Below, one piece after another: positions 15,130-27,811 of a stretch of 64,000 nt of DNA (the first letter of the stretch is position 1; every line of letters starts with the position of its first letter). The stretch is taken from the NCBI RefSeq assembly GCF_009914755.1, contig NC_060928.1; one strand, given 5' to 3'. A program made the position numbers and the translations under genes. Below the pieces are notes generated by a model. It did no database searches, was not told the DNA's origin, and saw only the letters and a list, made by a program, of their open reading frames with translations. This stretch comes from the human T2T-CHM13v2.0 reference genome, Homo sapiens.

Positions 15130-16170
15130 CTGAAGAGGAAGGGTGGCCCGCAGGGCAGACCCTAATGAAAACCCGTGCCTACTGGGATCGTCACATCGCC
15201 CGGGCCTGTAGGGCCTGCTAAAGGGGTGTGTGGAGGAGGAAGGACAGCGTCCGTCCCCACTTCGGAGACCCAAACAAATGAAAATAAGCCAAGTTCTCAC
15301 TTCCTGGTTGCCTACTCTTTCGGAAGGCCCCCGACACCAGACGGACACGGGAAACGGGGCTCCCGTGGAGTAACGGGGCCCACCCCAGCCCGCACCTCCC
15401 GCCCTCGCCCTCCTCCGGGCCTTACACGGTGACGTGACCGGAGCCGCGGACGACCACCGGGTCCGGCGAGTACTTGAGCAGCTGCTCCTCCAGGGCCCGC
15501 TCCTCGTCCTCCTCTTCCTCATAGATTTCGTCGAAATCCGCCATCCTGAGCCTCCGAGCTCCCCTGCCCAAAGGGCCTGACTCCCGGGGTTGGCGCCGGG
15601 GTACCGGCGGGCGAGGCGGCGGAGGCTGAGGGGAGTCGCCGCTGCCGCCGGCTCCGAGGCCGCGGAGTTCGCTGTCGGCTGTCTCGGCTCCGGCTACAGA
15701 GGGGATGGGGTCTGGACCGTCGCCGCCACCGCCGCCGCCATTACCATCAGCAATAACAACAACACAATGTCAACATCCGCCCAGAGGCCGACACCTCCAC
15801 AAGCACAGACGCCGCTGCCGCCGCCGCAGCAGCAGCAACTCAGGAAACCACAGCAACAGCCCGAGCCACCCGCAGCGGGAGCAGCCGGCTACGGCATCGC
15901 GAGACTTCCCGGGCCAACGGGCGGGCGGGCGCGTGCGTGGGCGCGTGGGCGAGCGGACTGGCTGGCGGGCGGGCGGGCGCGCGCACGTGCGGCCTCGCGC
16001 GCTCCCAGGCCACCGTCTTTCCTCTGCTTCTACCCGCAGACGGCGACCGGGGCGCGCGCTCCCGCCGGCGGGCCCCCCTCCGCCGACTTCTGGGTGGCGG
16101 ACCCTGGGGGCGGCGGCTCCGCTGACTGGAGGCCGCGACCCGCGACTCCGACAACGCAGCTTGGAATGTC
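15130..16170. promoter_or_regulatory. CHIC2 CpG island: promoter, 5'UTR and exon 1
   Basis: Very high GC and CpG density, GGGCGG boxes at ~15919-15980, and GCC/CAG/CAA low-complexity runs in the leader. No TATA box is evident. Confidence 0.9.
15426..15544 (-). CDS. CHIC2: CHIC2 coding exon 1 (cysteine-rich hydrophobic domain protein 2)
   Basis: ATG at 15544 reads MADFDEIYEEEEDEERALEEQLLKYSPDPVVVRGSGHVT, followed by a GTAAG donor at 15425-15421. This matches the known CHIC2 N-terminus. Confidence 0.97.
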
Positions 16171-16684
16171 CAGTGGGACATGCAGTTCCCCAAAGTCATC
16201 TCTAACCAAAACAAACAACTGAAAAGAAAAGCCCTGGCTGGAATAGACACATTTTTGTGCGTGTCATTGCCAGTTTATCTAATAATCGCATCTCGCTTTT
16301 CCTCAGGTTTTGAGTCTATGATGAGAACCAGAGTCTCTTTTTTCCCAATTTGAGGAGTCCAGCAGAGACACTGCAAACATTTGTGCTCACCACAGGATTT
16401 TTCAAGACATCTCCAAATTCAAACATCTTATCCCTTGATCCCCTTAAGTATAATCCAATATATGAGGCCAGCGATGCTGGTATTTTTTTTTTTTTCTTAC
16501 AAGAAATCTCACCGTAGTCATGCTATGAAAAAAAACTGATAAATTACCTGGATTCCATATTAGAAGATGCAGTTTCTTGCCCCAACTCTCTCACCAAACA
16601 TAACCTGGTTTTTGTTGTTGTTTCCTTAAAATCTTAGGGAATTCCTTTCCTTTTCTTACCAGTTCCTACCACAAAAAAGACCTG

Positions 16685-16805
16685 AAAGAAAGGGCAGAGG
16701 AGAGGAAGAAAAGGAGGCAGGAAGGAAGAAAGGATAGAAGGAAGGACGAGAAGAATGAAAGAAGAATGGGAGAGAAAGAAAGAAGGGGAGGAAGGAAGGA
16801 AAAGG
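16685..16805 (+). repeat. Polypurine (GAA/GGA-rich) tract
   Basis: About 120 nt that are almost exclusively A/G. Confidence 0.85.
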
Positions 16806-17868
16806 TTTAATGGAGTCTACTTAGCTGCCTAGTAACAGTTGAACGGTCACTTTGGGTACTTGGTTTCATTAAGCATATAAACAGCACAGGGGAAGGAGTG
16901 GGCTTCTGAGAAGAGAGTCCTGGACAGTGAGGATACACCATGGGAGAAGAAAGGATAGTTCTACTGAGCCCAGCGCTGGTCAGGCTCTTCAAGTGCAGTG
17001 TTCATGTCACAGTAGTCGGCTTTAGATGGGTCACTGTTGACGTGGAGAAAGTGCAAAGGAGGTCAATGAGGACAGTGAGAGATGCCAACCTCCTTTTGGA
17101 AACAACTGAAGGAAATGAGTGTGGTTAGCCAAGAAAAAATGAAGGAAAAATACAGTAGTTGTATCAGACTTATTGTATCCCTCCCTGGAGGGTATTTGTT
17201 CATTCAACAAATATCTACTGAACTCTAGCTATGTGGCAGGCACTGTGGACGTGTGTGAATGAGGCACAGGCCCTGACTTCTGGTAGCTTATCTATTGTTA
17301 AGGCAAGCAATTGTCATCTCTGCCAGGGGCTCATGGAGGAGGACACAGGAAGTGTCAGTGGGGCACACAGGAGGCAGCTTGGTCTGGTGTTTAACAATGT
17401 GTGTTCTGGAACCTGACTACCTGGCCTTGAATGTCAGCTCTGCCACTTACTGTGTGACCCTAGACAAGCCACTTAACTTCCCTGTTCAGTACCTGCCCCA
17501 TTGGGATGCTCAGCAGATTCAAGGGCTTAAGATCGGTGAAGTGCCTAGAAGAAGGCCCAGTACACAATAAATACGGGGTAATAGGTGATGCTTAAGGCTC
17601 CCTAGCTTATCAACCCTGTGAGGGTTACCACAGCATTATGTAATATTTTACTGCTTATAAAGCACGTACATAATATATCATTTAATATTCCCCCAAGAAC
17701 CTGTGAGGTAAGCAAAGAGGGTGTATTTATTTTCAGATATGCTATGTTTCAGAGATGCTATGATATGCTATATTTCAGAGATGCTATGTGGCTTTCTCAA
17801 GGCCATGTGACGATTTAAGATTTAATGGTCTAATTGAGTATACTGGTGGTCCAAGCTTTCCTGAATGT

Positions 17869-17992
17869 CTTTTTTTTTTTTTTTTTTAAGACAGAGTCTC
17901 ACTCTCTCACCTAGGCTGGTGTGCAGTGGCACCATCATAGCTCACTGCAGCCTTGAACTCCTCAGCTCAAGCGATCCTCCCTCCTCAGCCTC
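17869..17992 (-). mobile_element. Truncated Alu right arm
   Basis: Poly-T, then AGACAGAGTCTCACTCT...CTCAGCCTC. Confidence 0.85.
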
Positions 17993-18526
17993 TGAATTTC
18001 CTCCTTGGCAGGAACCAGGAGACTAGTGGCTGCACTCAGTTAAAGGAACAGCTGCAAATGGGAAGATAAGAAAGAGAATAAGAGGAAATAAGGTCAGTAT
18101 GTCCTGGCACAGCCCACACCTGGCTGTGGCTGAGAATTCACCCTTATGTAGAAACAGTGGCCAAGATAAGGGGCTAGTGCCCCAAAGTATCTAAATCATC
18201 ACATAGCTGACAACTTCCCAAAGACGGAGGAAGCCACACAGAGCTCCTTAGAACTCCAGCACCTTCCACAGTTCCTGCTTCAGAAAAGGAGCTTAATAAA
18301 TGTTATCTGAATTGAGATACAGTGTTACTAGTGCTCTTTCCAGAACACTGTGACTTAATTAGGCTTCAGAGGACTGTGAGAACCTCACTCTTATCTTCAC
18401 ACTGGCTGGATGTGGGAGAAATGTTCTTATTCTAAGATCTATTCAACAGAGAGATCTTTGTAACTCCCACGGCCTGGGTATACGGTAGAGGCAGGGAATT
18501 GCCTTTTCTTTTTCTTTTTTCCTTTC

Positions 18527-18563
18527 TGTGTGTGTGTGTCTGTGTGTGTGTGTGTGTGTGTGT
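18527..18563. repeat. (TG)n microsatellite
   Basis: Directly visible. Confidence 0.95.
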
Positions 18564-19139
18564 GTTTTCTTCTTTTTCCTGTTCTGAAAAACCTGTCAGA
18601 GCCAGCAAAAGGGTGTGGGACCTAGGAAGAAGGCCAAAGGGGTGAGCGAACATGAGTCAAACATTTTCCTGATGAGAGTTGACATCGTAATTCCAACCCT
18701 CCACCTCCGCCCTGCCAACCTTCCAAGATCCAGTTTCCTGTAAAACTCCTCCCCCAATTTCTTCCTGGAGATAAGCCACTTTTCCAGGATCCTCTCCCTC
18801 TGTGTCCAGGTACTCACTTGCACCCTGCTAAGTGCCCATCCCTCCATAGCCTCCTCTTCATTGGAGTTTCTCTTTATATTCTTGCCTCACATATTTTCAT
18901 ATTTACCTTTAGACCAAATGGCTCAAAACCAAACTGGATAATGTCAGGCCTCAGGAGTCAGCAAGACTTGTTTTTAAGGCAAATATTGCTTAGTTAATTC
19001 CTTAGACTTGAAAACTTCCCAGTTCCATTTCTACCTAGCAGAGTGGCCATTGGCAGCTTCACCTTTCTAAGCTTCCTTTTCTTCATCTTCAAATGGAAAC
19101 TATGTCATGGGGTTCTGGAAGATCAAATGAGATCGTGCA

Positions 19140-19832
19140 TGTACTATGGACTGAATTTTGTCCCCCCCCCCAAATTCATATGTTGAAGCCCTAACCCTCA
19201 ATGTAATGGTATTTGGAAATGGAGCCTTTGGAGGTAATTAGGTTGAGATGAGGTCAAGAGGCTGGGGCCCTCATGATGGAATTTGTGCCCTTACAAGAAG
19301 AAATACTAGATAGTTTTCGATCTCTCTGTGCCATGGGGACACAGCAAGAAGACAGTCATCTGCAAGCCAGGAAGAGAACTCTCACCAGGAACCAAATCAT
19401 CAGGAACTGTGAGCTAAATTTCTGTTGTTTAAGCCACCCAGGCTACGATGTACTGAATGTTTACATCCCCCCAAATTTGTATGTTGATATCCTAGCCCTC
19501 AAGGTGATGGTATTAGGAAATATTAGGGCCTTTGGGAGGTGATTAGGTTATGAAGGCTGAGCCCTCATGAATGGGATTAGTGCCCTCATAAAAGAGGCCC
19601 CAGAGAGCTGGTTTGCCCCTTCCACTATCTTAGAACACAGCAAGAAGACAACCATATACAAGGACGAAGCCCCTCACCAGAAACCAAAGCTACCAGCCGT
19701 TTGATCTTGAACTTCCAAGTTTCCAAAGCTATGAGAAATAAATGTTTGTTTATAAGTCACATAGTTTATGATATTTGATTATAGCAGCCCAAAGGGACTA
19801 AGACACAGTCTATGGTATTTTGTGTGGCAGCC
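19140..19832 (+). mobile_element. Two nested MaLR LTRs (MLT1A/MST-like): outer from ~19140, inner ~19442-19805
   Basis: Two TGxTATGGxCTGAAT...CCCCCAAATT starts. The inner one ends ...GACTAAGACA and the outer tail resumes as GTCTATGGTATTTTG. Confidence 0.7.
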
Positions 19833-21008
19833 TATTTGTGTGGAAAATACACTCAATGTGCTTTTTCCTATTCTCCTGCTTAACAACAACAACCAACACA
19901 GAAGACTCTCTGTGACCAGATGTGTTGGGGGGTTTTCTCCACCAACAAGCAAGCAATCAGTTCTGCAGTGGGCACCAGCTGTATGTCCTAATTCAATTCC
20001 AGCACTCTCTACCTGGAGATAGCATCAAATCCCACAGGTTGAGGGCTCAGTCCGCAAGACTGCACCCTCCACTTCAAACACCAGTCACAAGTCCAGGTCT
20101 CCAGAACTTCTGACTGACCAGCTATAAATTGGGGTTCCCACAACACCCTCGTCAAGTTCAACTAATTTGTTAGAGCGGCTCACAGAACTCGGGGAAACAG
20201 GTTTACCAGTTTATTAAGAAGGATATTTCATTTCATTTCATTTCACTTATTTATTGAGACAGAGGTACAATCACCATTCACTGCAGTCCAATAGTTATTT
20301 ATTTATTATTTATTTATTGAGACAGAGGTACAATCACCATTCACTGCAGCCTCAACCTCCCTGGGCTCAAGCAATGCTCCCACTTCAGCTTCCCGAGTAG
20401 CTGGGAATGCAGGCATGCACCACCACATCCAGCTAATTTTTATATTTTTTGTAGAGATGGGGTTTCACCATGTTGCCCAGGCTAGTCTCCAACTCCTGGG
20501 CTCAAGTAATCTACCCACCTTGGTCTCCAAAAAGTACTGAGATTATAGGCATGAGCCACCACACCCAGCCAAGAAGGATCTTTTAAGGGTTACAAATAAA
20601 CAGCCAGATGAAGAGACACAGAGGGTGAGGTCTGGAAGGGTCTTGGGTGCAGGAGCTTCTGTCCCCGCGGAGTCGGGGTGCTCTGCTTTCCCAGCACACG
20701 GATGAGTTCTTGTTCATCTCCCTGTAATCCTCCACGTGTTCAGCTGTCTGGCAGCTCTCAGAACCCTGTTCCTTCAGGGTTTTATGGGGCTTCATTACGT
20801 AGGCATGATTGATTACACCGCTGGCCATTGACTTAATCTTCAGCCCCTTCTGGTGATCAGCTCTCATCCTGAAGCTAACTAGGAGCTGCCAGCCTACAGT
20901 CAACTCACTAGAATACAGAAAGACATTGCTTTGGAGTTTCTAAGCATTTTAGGTGTTGTATGCCAGGAAACAGGGTCAAAAACCAAATATGTATTTCCTG
21001 ATATCACA
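19833..21008. mobile_element. LTR (MER21-like) interrupted by an Alu
   Basis: Contains CTACCTGGAGATAGCATCAAATCCCACAGGTTGAGGGCTCAGTCC and GCGGCTCACAGAACTC motifs; 5-bp TSD CAGCC at 19828-19832 and 21009-21013; ends in CA. Confidence 0.7.
20247..20570 (-). mobile_element. Alu (AluJ-like) with an internal deletion and a 40-bp duplication
   Basis: Alu consensus segments; TSD AAGAAGGATnTTT at 20216-20228 and 20571-20583. Confidence 0.85.
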
Positions 21009-21044
21009 CAGCCCAAGCTGACTTGAGAAAGCATATAAACCCTC

Positions 21045-21964
<920 letters not shown>

Positions 21965-22436
21965 AGATGTGTATTTTTAAATCCCCAAGTGGGAGACCAG
22001 TAGTCCAGCCTAGCCTGCCTGCACCACTTCCCAGCCTGTTATTCTGTAAATGGCACACATTCTGTAACAACACTCTCAGGATTTTTAGTAAATCATATCC
22101 CCTCCATCCTCAGTACATGTGATTAGGTTAAGCTGACCATATCTCCAGTTCCAAGAGTGGGCATCTGACCTAAAATGTTCAGGTTGTGCCCCAACCTTAG
22201 AGTTTTTGGTGCCCGCAGTATAAGTAATAGAAAATAGCACTTCTGCTCCAATGCTTTAGGATTGATGTATGTGCAATACAACTATGCAAAAGGCCTTTAG
22301 AGAGCAACAGAGATCCTCTTCGCCTTCCATACAACTGTGGCCACTAAAGGAGAGGGAAGGAAGATGATCTAAACTAGGCTGGGAGCTTCCTGAGAGCAGA
22401 ACCAATTATGCTTGGAGAAAAAGCTAAATGTGTATA

Positions 22437-22580
22437 TAGATTAAGCATCCTTAATCTGAAAATCCAAAGCTTGAAATGTTCCAATGAGCTTTTCCTTTGA
22501 GTGTCATGTCAGCACTTAAAAAGTTTCAGGTTTTGAAGCATTTTGGATTTTGGATTTTTAGATTAGGGATACACAACCTG
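22437..22580. mobile_element. Tigger4a/MER46-like DNA transposon fragment
   Basis: Imperfect terminal inverted repeats AGCATCCTTAATCTGAAAATCCAAA / TTTGGATTTTTAGATTAGGGATAC; TA flanks. Confidence 0.7.
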
Positions 22581-22934
22581 TATAACACATATAGTATTCC
22601 AAGCACTATTCTAAGCACTTTGTACAAATCAACCCACTTAGCCTTATAAGCCTTGTAAACATTCCTATAACATAGGTACCGTTTTCATCCCTGTTTTAGA
22701 CATTATAAAACTGAAGTACAAGGAAGTTAGGTAACTTGGCCAAGGCCACACAACTAGGAAGTGGTAGAGCCAGAACTTGAACTCAAATAGGATCTTTCCT
22801 CATCCCATAATCTTACCACTATGCTACACTGGTCTTAAACACCACTAGAGAAATATTTGGGTTCCTTACATCAGTCTTCCTAACACCTACAACAGTACCT
22901 GCCATATAATTAGTGCTTAATAAATATTAAATGG

Positions 22935-23065
22935 GGTCAAGCACAATGGCTCACGCCTGTAATCCCAGCACTTTGGGAGGCCGAGGCAGGCAGATCACGA
23001 GGTCAGGAGTTCGAGACCAGCCTGGCCAGCATGGTGAAACCCTGTCTCTACTAAAAATAAATACT
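22935..23065 (+). mobile_element. Alu left monomer
   Basis: GGCTCACGCCTGTAATCCCAGC...CTACTAAAAATA, then truncated. Confidence 0.9.
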
Positions 23066-23254
23066 AAATGGATGGCTACATGTATAAAATCATATTTTCC
23101 AGATCATTTCATACCATGTGTACACATTTGGTTCAAAATTTGTCCCTAAAATGTTGTTATAATAAATCTATGAAATCCATGTTGTTTCTCTTAGATTCTC
23201 CTGGAGTAATATCTAAATCTAAATAATAATAATACCTATAAAGTATCTAATTTA

Positions 23255-23558
23255 GGCTGGGTGCGGTGGCTCACGTCTGTAATCCCAGCACTTTGGGAGG
23301 CCAAGGCGGGCGAATCACGAGGTCAGGAGTTCTAGACCATCCTGGCCAACATGGTGAAACCCCATCTCCACTAAAAATACAAAAATTATCTGGGTGTCAT
23401 GGCGCGTGGTGGTGAGCACCTATAGTCCCAGCTATTCGGGAGGCTGAGGCAGGAGAATGGCGTGAACCTGGAAGGGGAGCTTGCAGTGAGCCGAGATTGC
23501 GCCACTGCACTCCAGCCTGGGCGACAGAGCAAGACTCCATCTCAAAAAAAAAAAAAAG
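23255..23558 (+). mobile_element. Alu (AluSc/Y-like)
   Basis: GAGAATGGCGTGAACC and GAGCTTGCAGTGAG diagnostic segments; poly-A tail. Confidence 0.92.
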
Positions 23559-24032
23559 TATCTTTTAAATCAACACCATAAATATAAAATACTTAGTTTA
23601 TGTACTTAGCTCTCTTCACTACCATCTTTTAAGTTCACGACAATCTGGAGATTACTACTAGAATCATAGGTTCATAAAACCAGAATGAACCCAAAAGTCA
23701 TCTGGCCCACACTGGCCTTCAAAACCATGTACCAGTCTGCATCACACGGTACTTCCTTCTTTAGCTGAACAACTACAATAATTGTATTAAATATCTATAG
23801 TATATTGAGCATATACAAAAATATTATGTTCTTCCACATAAAAGACTAGATTCTTTAAGGTCTAGAACTATGACTTAGTTATTCTTGTAATCTAAGCCCT
23901 TGACTATTGCCTGGAATCCAAGAGTCATTCAATACGTCTTCATCTGTTAGTTCTGGTTCTTGTCTCTGAGGACACACAAAACAAGTCTACTTCTTCTATA
24001 TGATGGTCCTTCAAATATGTTAAGATGTGCGC

Positions 24033-24321
24033 GTCTGGGCGTGGTGGCTCATGCCGGTAATCCCAGCACTTTGGGAGGCCAAGGCGGATGGATCACAAAG
24101 TCAGGAGATCAAGACCACCCTGGCTAACACAGTGAAACCCCGTGTCTACTAAAACTACAAAAAATCAGCCAGGCATGGTGGCGGGCGCCTATAGTCCTAC
24201 TTGGGAAGCTGAGACAGGAGAATGGCATGAACCCAGGAGGCCGAGCTTGCAGTGAGCCGAGATCGTGCCACTGCACTCCAGCCTGGGTGACAGAGCGAGA
24301 CTCCGTCTAAAAAAAAAAAAA
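24033..24321 (+). mobile_element. Alu (AluY-like)
   Basis: GGAGATCAAGACCACCCTGGCTAACAC and GAGCTTGCAG; poly-A; TSD AAGATGT. Confidence 0.92.
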
Positions 24322-24512
24322 GATGTTCACATCCCAAATCTTTTTTGTTTGTGAGCTAAACATGCCCATTTACTTCAACCATATTTCCTCCTGGAAGGGA
24401 GTTTCTAGTCCCTGCCTCTTTGCAGAGGCAGTCTCTCACTCCCATCAGCCTTGGTTTGGTCAACAGCCTTCTTAACATTTGGGGCTCTGACTAGATGGTG
24501 TGACTTAACTAT

Positions 24513-24998
24513 TGTGATAGCCAGCCTTCAGGATGGTCCCTGAGAGACTCATCAACTTGTGTGCAAGCCATTCTATAGTTCCCTCCCACACTGAATAGAG
24601 GTGACCTGTGTGACCAATAGGATTTGTGAAAGTGACAGTATATGACTTCCAAAGCTAAGTTATAAAAGACATGACACATTTTATCTTATTCCCTTAAATA
24701 ACTCATTCTGGAGGAAGCCACTCACCATGTCATGAGGACACTCAAACAGACCTATGGAGAGACTCACATGAACAGGAACTGAGGCTTTCTGCCACTCATG
24801 GGAGTGAGCCACCCTAAAATTGGATCCTCCAGCTCCAGCCAAGCAGCCCCAACTAACATCTTGACTGCAACCCCAGACCACCCAGCCATTCACCAATTCC
24901 TAACCTCCAGAAACTGTCAGAAATGACAAATGTTTATTGTTGTTTTAAGCTACCAAGTTTTGGGGCAATTGGTTATGTAGCAATAGATGACTAATACA
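24513..24998 (+). mobile_element. MaLR LTR (MLT1F-like)
   Basis: TGTGATAGCCAGCCTTCAGGATGG...TTTTAAGCTACCAAGTTTTGGGGCAATTGGTTATGTAGCAATAGATGACTAATACA with TG...CA ends. Confidence 0.75.
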
Positions 24999-25115
24999 GC
25001 AAGGCTAGAAGAAAGAGGGACTTAGCCCTTTCTTCCTGACCCTGGATATCATAAGAAACAGTAGAAAGACAAAGAAAAATAGATCAAACTATTAATTTTT
25101 AAAGTCGTAGGTTTT

Positions 25116-25410
25116 AGACCGGGCGCAGTGGCTCATGTCTGTAATCCCAGCACTTTGGGAGGCTGAGATGGGCAGATCACAAGGTCAAGAGATGGAGACC
25201 ATCCTGGCCAACTTGGTGAAACCCTGTCTCTACTAAAAAAAATTCAAAAATTAGCCGGGCATGGTGGTGCACACCTGTAGTCCCAGTTACTCAGGAGGCT
25301 GAGGCAGGAGAATCGCTTGAACCCGGGAGGCGGAGGTTGCAGTGAGCCTAGATGGCACCACTGCACTCCAGTCCGGGTGACAGTGAGAGATTCCATCTCA
25401 AAAAAAAAAA
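25116..25410 (+). mobile_element. Alu (AluSc-like)
   Basis: Full Alu; TSD AAAGTCxTAGGTTTT. Confidence 0.93.
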
Positions 25411-25829
25411 GTCATAGGTTTTTTTCTCTTCTGTGTCTGTGTGTAAAATTTAAGGGATATTTTTAATTAAGTTGTGTTATGTCTCTGTTAAGTGCCATAC
25501 TTAACTTAGACACTTAAAACATGGCTTTTAAGACACTGGTTTTCACTTTTAAGATCTGAGAGGCACAAGCACTTTCTTTTGGCCCCTGAATGCATGCTGA
25601 GAAAATCTACTCTTTATCCTTTGGAACTCTCACTTGAAGTCAATGGCCTTCTTACACACCAGTGTTAAGATTTTCTGTAGTTCTTTGCACATGGTACAGG
25701 GAAAAGTTGGATTTAATAGTTATAATCATGTTGGCCTTCTCACTTAATTGAGATTAGGAAGTACCCAGCTTCATCTGGGAACTCAAAAGAGAAGTTGTTT
25801 CTATGTTCTCCCACTGCCATCTCCACCTA

Positions 25830-25836
25830 CAACACA

Positions 25837-25872
<36 letters not shown>
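25830..25872. repeat. (CA)n microsatellite
   Basis: Directly visible. Confidence 0.95.
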
Positions 25873-25875
<3 letters not shown>

Positions 25876-26067
25876 GCCTTACTATGGTGTTTCTTCCCTA
25901 TTTTTAATTTTTTCTTATATTTATGTGATTTTTTTTCTGAATATGTCTACTTTTTGAATTCATACTTTTCAAATTTCTTTCTTTTCTACTTTATTGGCTA
26001 GTATATCTCAACCTCTTCTTAACCTGAGTGACTCTTAGGTAGAACTAAAATGTTTTTAAAAATTCTC

Positions 26068-26380
26068 AGCTGGGCACAGTGACTCATGCCTAAAATCCCA
26101 ACACTTTGTGAGGCCAAGGCAAGAGAATTGTTTGAGCCCAGGAGTTCAAGACCAGCCTGGGCAACATGGTGAGACCCTGTCTCTACAAAAATACATTTTT
26201 AAATTAACCAGGTATGGTGGCATGCACCTGTAGTCCCAGCTACTCAGGAGGCTGAGGTGGGAGGATCACTTGAGCCAGGGAGATCAAGGCTGCAGTGAGC
26301 TGTGATTGTGCCACTGCACTCACCTGGGCAACAGAGTGAGACCCAGTCTCCAAAAATGAATAAAAATAAAATAAAATAAA
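26068..26380 (+). mobile_element. Alu (AluJ-like)
   Basis: GAGCCCAGGAGTTCAAGACCAGCCTGGGCAAC; (TAAAA)n tail. Confidence 0.92.
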
Positions 26381-26684
26381 TTCTCTCAAGTCAGTTAACT
26401 TTAAGGTGTCAATATCCAGGGTATAACCTTGCTCTCAGTGACATTAAGCACATAAAGAGATACCTGAATTTGAGCTTTGAGGATCATCTGGTGATTCTGC
26501 ACTTGATATATTTAAAGATATCAATGTGTCCTTTGAAGCTATAATGGACTATGAGGTAATCTGAAGGTCCAGAAAACTAAATACACGTTAGTTACTGGAC
26601 GAATAACTTAGTCTTGGAGAAACAAAATAGTTTTAAGTGAACGTCTTCAGAAATCTTGCTATTATCTTTTTATGCTGTAGTTAA

Positions 26685-27088
<404 letters not shown>

Positions 27089-27246
27089 ATATTTATATCA
27101 GTATTTACATACTGCTTAATATTTTATAAAACATGTTCATTTGCAATGTCACATCTGACCCTCACCATACCCCAGTGCTGTAAACAGAGAGATATTCATC
27201 CCATTCTATAAACTTCAGAGAAAACTTAAGTTAAATGACTTACTCA

Positions 27247-27565
27247 GGCTGGGCATGGTGGCTCACACCTGTAATCCTAGCACTTTGGGCAGCTGAGGCA
27301 GGAGGTTTGCTTGAGCTCAGGAGTTCAAGAACAGCCTATGCAACATAGCGAGATCTTGTCTCTACTAAAAATTCAAATAAATTAGGTAGGCGTGGTAAGG
27401 CACAGCTGTAGTCCCAGTTATTTGGGGGGCTCAGGCAGAATTGCTTGAGCCAGGAAAGCCAAGACTACAGTGAGCCATGATCATGCCACTGTAGTCCAGC
27501 CTGGGCAATAGAGTGAAAATCTGTCTCAAAAAAAAAATTAATTAATTAATTAAATTAATTTTTAA
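27247..27565 (+). mobile_element. Alu (AluJ-like)
   Basis: Full Alu; TSD AAATGACTTACTCA. Confidence 0.9.
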
Positions 27566-27811
27566 AAATGACTTACTCAGCTCAGATGGCCCCTAAAAGC
27601 TGAAATACAACTAAGGTCTAAGACTTCTGCTGTAGGTAAATGTTTCTACTGCAAGGGAGAAAAGATAAATAAGAAGGAAAAAATATAAGCAATGAGAAAA
27701 TAAAGCTAACTGGTTTTACTCAGTATAATTAGCAATTGTTGAGTGGTTATTTTAAAAGTCTATATGCTTCCCCAAAGATTTTACAATCCCATGATGATAT
27801 TTAAGAAACTG

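Noticed and set aside
15590-16222. 210-aa + strand ORF with Pro/Gln/Ala runs, antisense to the CHIC2 leader
   Set aside because: TTG start, CpG-island composition and triplet repeats explain the open frame; no recognisable domain
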